A stretch of 64,000 bases of DNA from Octopus sinensis (Eukaryota): contig NW_021831731.1 in the NCBI RefSeq assembly GCF_006345805.1, forward strand, positions 299,162 to 363,161, given 5' to 3'. The notes beneath the pieces are model-generated. The model was given only the letters and a program-made list of their open reading frames with translations. It was not told where the DNA came from and searched no databases. Positions 40,601 to 54,580 of the stretch are shown here, piece after piece; positions within the stretch are counted from its first letter, which is position 1; every line of letters begins with the position of its first letter. A program made the position numbers and the translations under genes.

Positions 40601-42540
40601 TCGTGTAGATTAAACATGGCACAGTTTCCAGATTGTTAAAATCATGATAATAATCTGGAACATCAGAAATAGAAGCTATTATTCAAAGACTTTTCTAAAA
40701 GTGGCAAAATCATTTTTTAGCCTAATGGATATAACAATTTCGTTACCCGTAGTTTAGAGGTAAAGGTTTTTAATTAAAATCAAGTCCAGTGCTATGAGTA
40801 ACTCCAGAAAAAATAATATACCAGATGATGATCTCAAAGAGGAGATTAATTGTTCGAAGAATAATACTTTTCTAATTCCTTAAGAAGTATGATATTTGAA
40901 GTTGTGTCACATATTTTTTTTAATTTTCTACTCCTAGTGTGGAATAAATGTGGTAGTTTGCCATTTGATCAAGGAAAACCTACCAAATTTTCTAATCAAT
41001 ATTGTTTTCCGAGATTATCAAGCTCATTCTTCAATTTCTAGCTCTTAATTTAATTGATTTTGAATTAAAATTTGCTATATATCGAAAAGAGGTGAGTATT
41101 ATGATAAGAATTTACCCTCTACCTTTAGTATGGGGTTAAAAATATAAATTTCTGTTAATGTCTCATGTAGAGAACATAAACAGATTATAGATTTGTATAT
41201 CTTTTCGGATCATTAATCTTTTTCTACACGCTTTTTTGATGTTCGCTCGTCATCTGGTGTCTTATTTGTAGAGGTGTAGCTAGTACTAAGCTGGATTTTG
41301 AACAAATCCCTTATTTCTAAATTAAGGGTAACAATTCTGTTATTTTTATTTAACTTTCATTCATTTTTTTTATCAGTCTGTATACGCTTTCTTCATTTCT
41401 TCCTCTCTTTCTCATTCAATTTCTCTCTTTCTCTCTTTTACCCACCCTCAGATAACGTCTAGAGGGCATCGTTCTCAGTAACCTGCCATCATTAGAATAT
41501 AGTGTTTGTAAGCAAGAGGTCTGTCTCAATTACGCTTGTGCTGGAATTAACGTCTTGTATATCATGCACTTATTTGTATTATCATGAATTATCATACTCT
41601 TATTTGTGCAAAGCAAAGCTACATAACGAGAGCACTGCATAAATAATGAGTATTTAATAAGCATGAAATTCTGATTATAATTTCTTTATGGCTCTCCTAT
41701 AAGTTCTACGGATTAATTGTTACTGATGCGGACTCTAGTTAGAAACTTCGGATCCCGAATTATTATAATCTGAGAAATTCGTCTCTCATTATTCCACAAA
41801 TGAAAGGCGGTGAATTAGTAGAAGGTTAAAGTCTCAGACAAAATGCCTAGCTATATTTGTTTCATCTCTTTAAGTTCGGAATTGAAATCCACTTTATTTT
41901 TCATCTCTGTGTTCGATAAAAATGATGTAAAATTCAAGTACCGCGATCGATATAACCAATTGCTTCTCTACCCACAAAATCGCTCGCCTTTTGTTTAATT
42001 TAGAAACAACTGAATCTGAGATGAAGGATGCTTGATTGGCAGTATATGAGAGCGTCGGATGTCCTATTGTATATAATTACGACCCTTTAGGTACTGAGTT
42101 CAAAACTATCGAAATGAACTTCGCATTTTATTCTTCTGGGCCAATAATATAAAATACCAGCCAAGTAGTGGGGTTGATATAATCAACTGGACACTCTCCA
42201 TAATATTCCTGTCATTGTGGCTAAATTTGAAACAAATATATCTCAGATGAAGAGTCAGAACCCGAAATGTTAGATTCATCGTGCTTCATCGTTGAACTTT
42301 TTCTTCTAGACATTCTCCTATGACTATTGCTTAAACACATATGGATTGGGTTTTCTCTTTTAGAAACATTAGATAAATACCAAATCGTCAAATGTAAATC
42401 CTCCACAATCTTATATGCAACACGACCAACAACGACAGCAAGATTATTTAAAGAATATCATTAGTTTAAACAATGGTTAAGCTCAGTGCTCAAAAGCCGA
42501 TTTCAAGAACTGCTCATATATATGTGTGTGTATATATGTG

Positions 42541-42600
<60 letters not shown>

Positions 42601-42622
42601 GCGTAAACGTCCACACCAATGA

Positions 42623-42670
<48 letters not shown>

Positions 42671-42725
42671 ATTATATATATATATATAGTATATATATAT
42701 ATATACATACATATATATACATATA

Positions 42726-42782
<57 letters not shown>

Positions 42783-43131
42783 TATGTATATATATATGTA
42801 TGTGTGTATGTGTGTTTGGTGTGTGCGTGTGTGTGTATACATACGCACACATATGATGGGCTCTTTCGCCGAAGACGACGTATGAGCGTTCAGCTTTTAC
42901 TGAACGACCTGCACAAATGGTTTGTTTATAGTGATTAAACGTTCGTGCTGCACATTAGTTCACTCTCTCCATCAAATCAACGTTGTCTGAACAGGTGCAC
43001 TATGTACCATGCGTCAGGTGTCTAAGTGACCGCAGAACAATGTGAGATGAAGTATTTAGCTCAAAAACACAACGGACCACCTGGTCTAGGAATTGAAGTC
43101 ACGATCGCTAGTTCGTGAGTGCAACACCCTA

Positions 43132-43224
<93 letters not shown>

Positions 43225-43340
43225 TGTGTGTGTGTGTGTATGTATATTAATAAATTCCTGGGTAGCAAAAAAACTTATAAAAGTGGTCTAGCGAGAAGAA
43301 AAAACTAGTCAATAGATTATATATTATTCATATAAAAATA

Positions 43341-43524
43341 CAGTGTGCATTTAAACACATAAGAGATGGCCATAACAAGACATCTGACCCGTTAGAAGGA
43401 GTAGTTAAACTTCAAATCACTATTAGGGATAATTTCGAAAGGGAATGAATAATAAAAAAATTTACCCTCTAAATGGGTCAGATGTCCTGTTAATTCCATC
43501 CCTTATGTGATTAAATGTACACTG
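43341..43524. mobile_element. Tc1/mariner-type MITE, ~57-bp TIRs
   Basis: CAGTGTGCATTTAAACACATAAGAGATGG..GACATCTGACCC is matched by its reverse complement ending ..AATGTACACTG. TA on the left, CA on the right. Confidence 0.75.
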
Positions 43525-46500
43525 CATTTTTATGTATGTATGTATGTATGTATTTATGTACTAAATTATATGGTAATACTAGCTCATTATTCCAATTTGA
43601 AGATCACCTAAAAGCCACAGACCACTCAGTGACGTAGTAATGTTTCTATATCAAGGCTGCTGGGACAAGATTTGCGTGTTTTTCTGTTGGTTTCCGTAAT
43701 ACAGTTTAAAACTGGTCAATCAAAAATCATTTCCACTACTTGAAATTGTTGATAACCTTCGAAGTAGCATTTTGTTAACCCACCCGCCCACCCACCAAAC
43801 AAACAAACAAAAGAAGATATAAACAACAAAACAAACCAAACCCTTGTGCCTAAGGGGAAAATACTCAGTAATTTCAGTTAATGAAATAACTTATTTTCAT
43901 TGGAAGCTGATAATCATATGGTTAGTAGTGTATTTTGAAATTTAATTTATAGTTGAGCGTCCAGATAATTGTATAATACTGTCATGTAAACACTCTAGAT
44001 TCTGTTAGCGTTTATCAATTTATTTAAATTTAATTGCCGTTATCTCCATTGCATTATTTAATCACTGCCTGCGCTTCGTGTATTACTATTGCCTCTGTTA
44101 TTCTGCTATCGCTTCAATTGTTAATTTTATAAGAGATTGCCTTATAGCTTTCTAAGGCCTTTCATATAAATTGAAAATCAAAATGCTTGACACCTACCAA
44201 CTTATACACACAACTAGTCAAACATACTGTCGCTTGTGAAAATGTTATAAGTCATTCACTGCCTCACACATATATACCCCAGTGTCTCTTTTCTTCTTCC
44301 TTCCTTTCTTTGCTTTTACTTTCTGTGTACACACACGCATAACACCCCCAGACATTTACTTATCGAGAGAGCATGAAAGTCTGTTAAAAAGTTCGCCTAG
44401 CAATCGTGTGGTTTCGGATTCTATCTCAATGCACGACACCTTTGTCGAGTGTGCTGTTATAGCTTCCCGTTAAGCATAACATTGTGAATGGAATTTGGTC
44501 GGCAGAGGCTGTACAAGGTCCCATCCCAATATCACAATATACATTCCATATCCATCCATCCATCCATCCATCCATCAATATCCGTTGTGCAGTTTATTCG
44601 GCAAAAGTTGAACGCTCATACGTCGCTCTCATGATATTCCACTCAAAATCTTCAATTAAGTGTGAATTGAAACAACAGTAGGCAATGTTAATTAATTAAC
44701 AAATTAATTTTATCCATTAAATCTCCAAATTTTCTTGCTTAATAATACATACACACACGTGCGCACGTGTGTGTATGCATTATTAAGCAAGGTGTGTCAA
44801 CAATTGATAAGAGTGACATTCTTCTGTGATGGTTCATATAACTGTTTGTCGCTTTTGTTTTTGCGTTGAGGAATGACTTTACCATTATGAAATAATTGAT
44901 GAGATGGACTCTGATAACCACATGAAGGAAGTAACTAAGTTTTTCAATAACTGTCACCTCAATAGGCGTATATGTCAGCAGTTAGTGATTCTACAGCTGA
45001 TGCTATATCAAAGAACAATGGCTATATAAGCATCACTATTTCAAAAATGGAAGGAACCTCATCAGATGCTCTGTCAATGGGAATCTACGATAGGTTCTTA
45101 AATTTTGATGAGTGGTTTGACCAGAATAATCTGAAAGTGTTCCATTGATCCTTTACATATGACCTCTTGGCTGATAATTCGTATATTTCATTCACTGGGA
45201 GAAGGAGTGAAATATTATGTGTGTTGCTGTTAACGTATAACCCAGTAGTAAATGTTGGTCGGTTTGTCAGCGACAAAGCAAACTGGAAAATTCGCCACAC
45301 TTGCTTAGTGAGGAGGGTGATTTTGGACATCATGCGGGATAAAAAAACAAAACCTGTTAGAAGTATGAATGAATTCAGGAGAAGTTTTATTCATCGAACA
45401 ATGTGCATGTATGCACGTGCATTCAAAATGTGTATATGGGTTAGTGAAAAGCACCCATTTCATTGAAGAAGAAATAAGTAAAATGTATCTCCACAGCTTC
45501 TAAGCTGAAGCAGTCGGCCAATGAACGCAAGTGCAAGCATACCACCATGCTGTACCAGAAGCTCAGATTTAGGGCAAATATCTGGTATGGTGTTTTATGA
45601 TATAGTATTTAATGCAAGTTCGACGATACTGCGAGGTCTTGAGATCCCGTCAGCCATTTTCACAATCTTATGTATGCTTAGGGAAGCTCAGTTTCACCGA
45701 ATTTATTGCACTACAAGGGATTTTGTGTAAGAACGAAGAAGTGGGTTTAGATGTGAGCACATCTCTCTTACAATATAAATCAAGCACTAGCGCATTATTC
45801 TTCTTTCAATTTGTCTCTTTGTCTCTTCTCTCCATTCTTGACAAATTCTCACGAGAATAAAAGAATGTGGTGGAAACAGGGTTACATAAACTAGGAGCTG
45901 TTAATACAATTTGTACGGAAAATGAGCCTGGGCTTTGATATATCCCCTGCCTGGATGGCGTAGTAACTGAATTATCTCTATAAAATAGCACTGCTCGCTT
46001 CATGCAGGGAAGGTATAAGTAAAAGTGCTCTAAACAATGCCAACTATGTTTAATTCTGACTGGCTTATTGCGACAAGAACGGATACTACCTACGCGGACA
46101 AAAAGGGAAGATAAATTGTTGAGAATTGGATCATGAAGCATACGTATCCTCCAAAATAATGACATCAAATGTGAAAAAAGAGCGATACTAATTGCTCTGG
46201 ACCTGCAAGAACTCAACTCTTTGATTCGAAATCAGAGGCCATCCCAACTCAAACGCATCATCTTTCAAAAGCATCTACAAGATCATTAACAAAGAGAAGG
46301 CAGTTACCAGTAAAGCAATAATGTCGGTAACTTGCGGATAAAAGGAGCTATATTGATCATGAAACACAAGCAAACAATTAACATCCGGATTGATTTGAAC
46401 GAATGCCAATAGATACTATGAATACTATAATTCACAATACTTGAACCCATACTATAGACTATAGAACGAAATCTAAATCTCGAAATTTTCACACCTACAC

Positions 46501-46604
46501 ACGCGTGGTTATTCGAATATCAAACACGCCAGCATAATGGACACATTATACACACACGCACTCACGCTCTCTCTCTCACGCACGCACACACACACAGACA
46601 CACA

Positions 46605-46646
<42 letters not shown>

Positions 46647-47255
46647 TATCTGTGTATCTTGTTCTTTAAAGCCTTTGTATTGTAGTTTTTAAATCGAAAT
46701 GTCAGGACTAATTAAATATTAGTTAAGGTAACAATTCAGTATCTTTGTTATTGATAGTTTTGATATTTTATGTTGTATCTGCATTGTTATCGCCTTCCAT
46801 AACACCATAACTCACTGATTTTCTCTATATCCTGCAATGCTTCAACAAACTACAATGCTTTTACATATACACACGCGTATTCAAATACATAGATATGCGT
46901 CTGTATTTTGTGTATGTATGTGTGTGTACGTGTGGTGTGTTGGTGGATGTGTGACAAAAAAAATACTTGTTTATCTATTGAAAAGCTATTTGTACAGATG
47001 TGAATGAAAGCAAGCAAACATACACATATCCATACATGCTACAAACTTTCGTGTATCGGGATCAAATTATAAGAAGCCACACACCAAAAACCACACAAAC
47101 ACATACATGCAAGGGATGCGATCAAAGGATATCTGTATCTATGTGTGTATACATGCATGCATATATAAATACATACATGTTTATAAACATATATATATAT
47201 TTATATGTTACTATGGGTATATATATATATATATTTATACTTATATGTTACTATG

Positions 47256-47326
<71 letters not shown>

Positions 47327-47648
47327 GTATGTATATATGTTGCTCTGTGTGTTCGTGTGTGTTCGTGAGAGTGTGAGACGAAAATATAATCGTTTATGTG
47401 CTGAAAAGCTATTTACATGGATGTGAATCAAAGCAGGCAAACGTATATATATTCTTATGTTTAGGTCATTTTCGTATATAGGGATTAGATCATAACGAGT
47501 CACACATCGAAAACCATGGAAGCACATACACACACAAGACGCGATCAAAAGGCAATATGTGTAATATGTATATACTTATCTACCTACCTACACATACACA
47601 CACATATATATACACAAAAACGCACATATCATAGTATATATATATATG

Positions 47649-47688
<40 letters not shown>

Positions 47689-47715
47689 TATATATATACT
47701 ATATAGCTTGCAATG

Positions 47716-47825
<110 letters not shown>

Positions 47826-48308
47826 GTATATATACATACACATAAGCATGCCCATATGCAGAAATTATTTTAAACATGCAACCATGCAAGTGTTTCTATC
47901 AACAAAATTCAATTTGGTTGACAATTGTCATTGTGTACAAATACAAAGAAAGTGGATATTCGATCAAATACAAATATCATTAAACTCATTTATATATCAA
48001 CACAATCAAATAACTTTGTAAAGAGAGGAATTGTTTAGATCGTGTAAGAGGAACTGCGGGAATGAATTTAGGGCTGTTTCTCGTTATCTTTAAATCTGAT
48101 CCGTTGCAATAACCTCATTGATATTGTATAGAACTATGATGGATTCCATTTAGAAAATGTTTATCATTAACAGGGAAGCAATATAACTACTTCACATTCA
48201 ATTTCCTGTACACACACAGGTATATACACAAGCGTAAATGCACATTTATATAACCACGCTTTCCCGAATCTGCTCATACAATACGTGTGTAAATACAAGC
48301 TCTATCCT

Positions 48309-48405
<97 letters not shown>

Positions 48406-48978
48406 ATATCTGTCTATCTGTCTACCTGTCTATCTGTCTGTCTGTTGGTCTGTCTGTCTGATGTCTGTCTGTTTGCCTGCCTGTCTGTTTGTCCTTCTGT
48501 ATGTCTGTCTCTCTGACTATTTATCTATCTGTTTGTCTGTCTGTCAGCTCATCTATTTTTACTGTGAATCAACCAATTAATCAATCAATCAATCAATCAT
48601 TCAATGAATCAATGAATATATACAAAAAAAAACCTATCGGGACAGACAAACTATAGAAATATTTTTAAAAAACATTGTATTTAATTTTTCCACAATTTAA
48701 TTGTTTTTCATGCTTTACTTTAAGTTGAAAAAGTCGAAAAGACTAACCATTACTAAAATGTACTTCATGGTAAAATTATTTTAACATTTTCTACCTTCAG
48801 TCCTATATTTAAGAGATGAGGAATTATGTACATTATTTACATTATCTACTTTTGACGGATGTTTGTCCCCACTTTGCTTGTTGGTCGCACAACGTTTCGG
48901 CTGATACACCCTTCAGCCTTGATCAGGTGTCTTGGGAAAATTTCGAACCTGGGTTCTCATTCCTAACGTATTTTTCGA

Positions 48979-48981
<3 letters not shown>

Positions 48982-49044
<63 letters not shown>

Positions 49045-49509
49045 TATTATTATTATTCAGTAGTTTTATTTTTATAGCGTGCTTTCACTTCACTACCGAG
49101 CGCAGCTCTGTGTGCCTTGGGTATGTGCTGTGATTTGTTGTGATGCTCTGATGGTTATTGTATGTAAAGTGTTCTGCGTAGGATGTGTGCAGTGCCTAGT
49201 AGTGCAATTTTCTGTATGTTATATGTGTTTGTAAGTCCTGGTGTTTTTGTTATGTATTTGTCTGAATATTTTTTTATCATGCCTAATGCACCTACTATGA
49301 TAGGAATTGTTTCTGTTTTCAGATTCCACATTCTAGTTACCTCTATTTCCAGGTCTTTGTATTTTGAGAGTTTCTCCATTTCTTTTAGAGACACGTTGTC
49401 ATCAGCCGGTATTGATACATCAATTAGAAAGCATTTTTTTTCTTCATAATCTCTGACAACTATATCTGGTCTGTTGGCCTTAATTTCTCTATCTGTGTGT
49501 ATCGGCATA
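48982..49509 (-). mobile_element. Dong/R4 3' end (RLE domain, 3'UTR, (TAA)n), left arm of palindrome
   Basis: RPDIVVRDYEEKKCFLIDVSIPADDN..EKLSKYKDL. Nearly identical to 18776-19230. Confidence 0.9.
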
Positions 49510-49517
49510 TCCCAGAG

Positions 49518-49988
49518 TATGCCAATACACACAGATAGAGAAATTAAGGCCAACAGACCAGATATAGTTGTCAGAGATCATGAAGAAAAAAAATGTTTTC
49601 TAATTGATGTATCAGTACCAGCGGATGACAACGTGTCTCTAAAAGAAATGGAGAAACTTTCAAAGTACAAAGACCTGAAAATAGAGGTAACCAGAACGTG
49701 GAATCTAAAAGCAGAAACAATTCTTATCATAATAGGTGCATTAGGCATGATAAAAACATATTCAGACAAATACATAACAAAAACACCAGGACTTACAAAC
49801 ATATATAACATACAGAAAATTGCACTACTAGTCACTGCACACATCCTACGCAGAACACTTTCCATACAATAACCATCAGAGCATTACAACAAATCACAGC
49901 ACATACCCAAGGCACACAGAGTTGCGCTCGTTAGTGAAGTGAAAGCACGATATAAAAAATATACTACAGAATAATAATAATAATAATA
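49518..49988 (+). mobile_element. Dong/R4 3' end, right arm of palindrome
   Basis: Reverse complement of the left arm at ~95% identity, with its own (AAT)n tail at ~49970-49988. Confidence 0.9.
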
Positions 49989-49994
49989 ACATGC

Positions 49995-50700
49995 TCTAAT
50001 ACAGACAGAAATTATTGGTCTTTGGTTTAGTTATTTTTGGGGAGGAGGTAAGTAATACCATTTGCCATCAAATGGGGAGTTTTTTCCGGGTCTTCCATAA
50101 TACTTTTAAATAGTATTACTAAGATTTTGTATGCGGACGAGAGTGATGAGAGCCAGAAATTTGGTACTCTATCAATACCAGGGAATTTCCATTTATGAGC
50201 CTTCATTGTGCCCTCCTGAGGTCGGCGATTGAGATATCTTCCCATACCTGTTCTTGTAGATTTTTGTAGGTATCTTGGGTACGTTTGACCCTGTCTTCAT
50301 TTTCATTGTATGGTTTCTCATCACTGCAGATCCCTTTACAAAAGTTTTCAGCTTCTTCCTTTAGGGGTGTATTTTCAATGGTTATTATTCCTTTCCCTAT
50401 TTCCCTGTAAAATGATTTGGCATTGGATTTGGACATCTTATTTTGCTTGTAGTATTTGATTCTTTTCTCAAATCTGCGTATTCTCTGAGCTTTTGCTTGA
50501 ACTTTTTGTTTAAGTGTATCTTTCGCTGACATTAGTTCTTCTCTTGTTGAGAGTCTATATTTTCTCACAATCTTCCTGCCTTTTCCTGATCTTACACCAT
50601 TTCCAGAGATTAGGTCGGTTAATATTAATATCTCCCTTCGCAATGATTCAATCGCAGTTTCAATTCTACTCCTCCAGTTTGATTTTCTCTTCGAATTTGG
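49995..50700 (-). mobile_element. Dong/R4 ORF N-terminal/pre-RT fragment
   Basis: NWRSRIETAIESLR..LKQKVQAKAQRIRRF..KQNK..KSFYRE and KFPGIDRVPNFWL..GITYLLPK. Confidence 0.78.
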
Positions 50701-51156
50701 TAAGAGATGTAGTAGCAGCAGCAGTAGTAGTAGTGGCAGCAGCACCGGTGGTAGCAGCAGCAGTGGTTGCAGCCCACTGACGCCCACCTATTTTTATTGC
50801 ATCTACCTCACTCCTAAGCTTATTGATGAAAATATGATCAGCATCACTGCTTAGCATATTCGCAGAAACAAGTTAATGGGACATGGATTTTAGGTATGGG
50901 TGTGAGTGAGGTGTAGGTATTGAGTATATGGGTATGGATGTGTAGATATATGTCGGGTAGGGAGTTTGGGAAGGGGTATCGGATAATTAATACCAGGAGA
51001 TACATATACAATGAATGTGACCGAGTCCATTATATTACACAAGGGTAGATTCCCCAAAAGCGGCCCGATAGTGGGGCCAAAGGTCCCAAAATTGCCCTCC
51101 ACAAGAGCTTGCCTGAATGCCTCCCGAAAGGAGCCTTCAAGGCTAGTAGATAAATA

Positions 51157-52247
51157 TTGGGTTGGTAAGAAAGTAATTTCGTTTTTCGCAAATAGATAGA
51201 GTTACGATTTTTTAAATGAATTTTGCCAATGTTATGATTTTCTCATTTTGACATATGATAGTCGTTGCTTTTAGCTAACCTTAGAAGCACATTGTGCATA
51301 ATTTTGTTTACAGTTGTTAGTTCAGTGTCAATTTTAACATGGAGTGCAAAACAAACATTTTCGACATATTTTGCTTTTTTTATTTTTATTTTTATTTGCG
51401 GAGGCTCACAAAAAGATATCTGAAGTTTATAGTGTTGGTTGCTTAACAGAACTCACAAAATTCCGTTCTGGAGATTTTTCATTCAGAGATGGCCAACGTT
51501 CTGGAGTTGAGATGACAACTACTGAAGTTGATGACCGATTCAAAGCCATAATTCAAGTTGATTGCCATATAACTGTGCGAGAGATTGCGCACAACATTTA
51601 AAAATCACTTAAAATGTCTTGGACTCGTTAAGAAGCTCGATATTTGGGTCCCACAGAAATTGAAAGAAATTCACTTAACACAATGAAACAATATTTGCGA
51701 TATGTATCTCAAACGGAATGAAATCGATCCTTTTTTAAAACGAATCATCACTGATGAGGAAAAAGTTTGATTGTCTACAAAAACATCAATCGAAAACGAT
51801 CACAGTCCAAGCGTAATGAACCAACACAAACCATATCGAAAGCTGAATTACATCAAAAAAGGTAATGCTGTCGATTTGGTGGGGTTACAAAGGTGTTGTG
51901 TATTTTGAGCTGCTTCCAAGGAACCAAGCGATCAATTCAGATGTTTACTGTCAACGAGGAATGAAACTGGAAGAAGCAGTCAAAGAAACACCGCCAAGAT
52001 TGGCAAATCATAAAGAAATCGTGTTCCACAATGACAACACTAGATCACACACGTTTTGTTAACTCGTGAAAAATTATTGGAGATTGGTTGGGAAGTGACG
52101 TCACATTTACCATATAGCCCTGACCTTGCACTATCAGATTACAATTTATTTCGAAGTTTGCAAAATTCTTTGAATAGTAAATCTTTCAATAATGATGAAG
52201 ACTTGAAATCGTACTTGCTTCAGTTTTTGGCTAAGGACCAGAAGTGA
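51157..52247 (+). mobile_element. mariner (DD34D-type) transposon relic with 5' TIR
   Basis: TA|TTGGGTTGGTAAGAAAGTAATTTCGTTTTT TIR; KHFRHILLF, FRSGDFS, MLSIWW..GVVYFELL, HNDN and HLPYSPDLALSDYNLF. The 3' end is lost at the RTE junction. Confidence 0.88.
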
Positions 52248-52810
52248 CTTTCTATTGTATGGTGAGCTGGAAGATGGAAGGAGACCAGCACATAAGCCTA
52301 AACCAAGGTTTAAGATTGCCTTAAAATTGCTGTAATAGCTGGTAATTGGGAGAGAGAGGCACAAGACCGTGATGGATAGAAGAAGATAGTGCATGCTGGT
52401 TGTTCAAGGTTTGAGTGAGAGAGAGAGTGAAGTATGAGAGAATTAGGAAGGAGCTTAGAAGAGGGAACCCGTGGAAAGTGAGTGTTGCTTTTTATGTGTG
52501 TGGTTTGTGGGCGGAGGTGTTTGAGTCCTGAAGGCCTGGTGAGCCATCAAAATTCTCATAGAAATCGACCCATGAGAAACAATGATGTGGCTATTAAAAT
52601 TCCCAACAGAACGTGTGTAAAATGTGGAATGGTGTGCCTCTCAGTTGGAGGTCTAAAAAAACATGTTAAGAGAGTGCATATGGTGGCACCTGTTTCTCCT
52701 GCCAGCCAGTACAGTTGTCTAGTATGTAATAAAATGTGTAAAAGCTTAGCCAGACTTAAAAGTCATATAAGGGCATCACATGGCAACAATCATGAATCAT
52801 TTCAGTAAGT
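52248..52810 (+). mobile_element. RTE/BovB-type LINE 3' end with three C2H2-like fingers
   Basis: LLYGELEDGRRPAHKPKPRFK, WEREAQDR, then CVVCGRRCLSPEGLVSH, CVKCGMVCLSVGGLKKH and CLVCNKMCKSLARLKSH. Confidence 0.75.
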
Positions 52811-52814
52811 CTTC

Positions 52815-53520
52815 TTGGCAATTGCTTTTCTCGTGTAACGAGAATGCAGCTGTGAGATTACGGATGCAAAAGTAAAAAAATGTGGTAGACCAAACTGCGC
52901 AACATGCCCAAACCTTCTAGAAGGATCAGAATTCCTCTTCAAAGAGGGACAAAAATTCAAGATCAAATCTAATTTTACTTTTGCTTCTGAAAACATAATT
53001 TATGTCATAAGATGCTCGGGCTGCCACCAAAACTACGTGGGGTCCACGGGACTATCACTCAGACGTAGATGCACACTGCATCGACAACAGATTGCATTCC
53101 CAGAATACAGAATGATACCCTTTAGTGAGTATATTGAGAAATGCGCAAAGCAACTACTACCACAATTTTTAATCTTTCCATTTTATCAATGTGCTATTGG
53201 AACACCAACACAAATTAGACTAAACAAGGAAACATTCTTCATTGAAAAATATAAGCCCAAACTTAACCACTCTAACATTCTTATACAGAGAAACTCATCC
53301 CATTAAGTAAAAGTGGCAAGAAATATAAAGCGATTATCTCCCTTACACCGGAAGAAATCACTTATTACCTCCCCTTACCTGGAACTCTTCTTTACACTTC
53401 ATAACGAAGTCATAACACGATGTTTTGAGAAATTTGAAAAGTTAACACGAAACCGGTAATTTCTTAAAAAACTATGTCACTGTATGAAAAAATTTTATAA
53501 CATTCTTCTGACATAATGAC
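52815..53520 (+). mobile_element. Penelope-like element 3' fragment with open GIY-YIG endonuclease domain
   Basis: AKVKKCGRPNCATC..SENIIYVIRCSGCHQNYVGSTGLSLRRRCTLH..NKETFFIEKYKPKLN at ~52865-53290. Confidence 0.88.
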
Positions 53521-53577
53521 TCAAATATATTTTTTAACCTTTTAAAACAAGCCTTCTGTAGTTTTTTCACATTTTAC

Positions 53578-53652
<75 letters not shown>

Positions 53653-54548
53653 GTATATATATGTATGTATGTATGCATGTATATATATACATAATACAGA
53701 ACCCCCAATAAACAGGTGATAGACTGCATTAGTGGAAGATTATTCATAAAACCTTATAAGCGACTAAGAATTACAGTAACCTGACTTGCAGTAAGGAATG
53801 AAAATTTCCGAAAGCATGATTTTTTGTGATAATACCTACTTTAGACAACCCTTTTCTGTGCATTGCAGCTGGTTGTCTGTGAGTACTAGAGAAAACGTTT
53901 GCACAACGGAGGTTCACCTCTATTTCGTACAGAATTCTAAACCAGTGAATGATGCGATATATCTCTAACACAACCGCCAAATTCATACAAATGAACACCA
54001 CTTCTAATGCGTAGAAGTCAGCCATCTTCTCCAACTAAAGTACTTAATTGCTATTGCAAGTTTTAAAATGTGACTTTCATCAAGTCCAGTGATGGTCTGC
54101 CCTTGGGCAGGTCTTGAGCATGTGAACCTTCTCCAGCACTCTCTATACAACTTGGAGGCCCTGTACCCTCCTCTGCCGCTGTTTAGTAAATTACTGGAAC
54201 TTTGGCCACCCTGAATAGACTTAGGATGAATACTGAAGTGTTTTACTATTGCCTTCTACAGGTAGGTGAGGTTTTGAACTCAGAATATAGTAAGCCGGAA
54301 GATATATTGTAATGCATTACTGCCGACGCGACAATGTTTCTACCACACTCTCATCCGCAGGGCAACATGAAATGAAGTGTTTTGCTCAAGAACACAACAC
54401 ACCGCCCGTTCCGGGAATCGAGCCCACAATCTAGTGATCATGTGTGACACTCTAAACTCTAGGCCGTAAATATATTTATGGTTTGAACTATAATTGTTCC
54501 ACGTCCTCGCGTTGTGTTTTCTCTTTGTGTTTTCATGTTTGGATTAAC

Positions 54549-54580
<32 letters not shown>

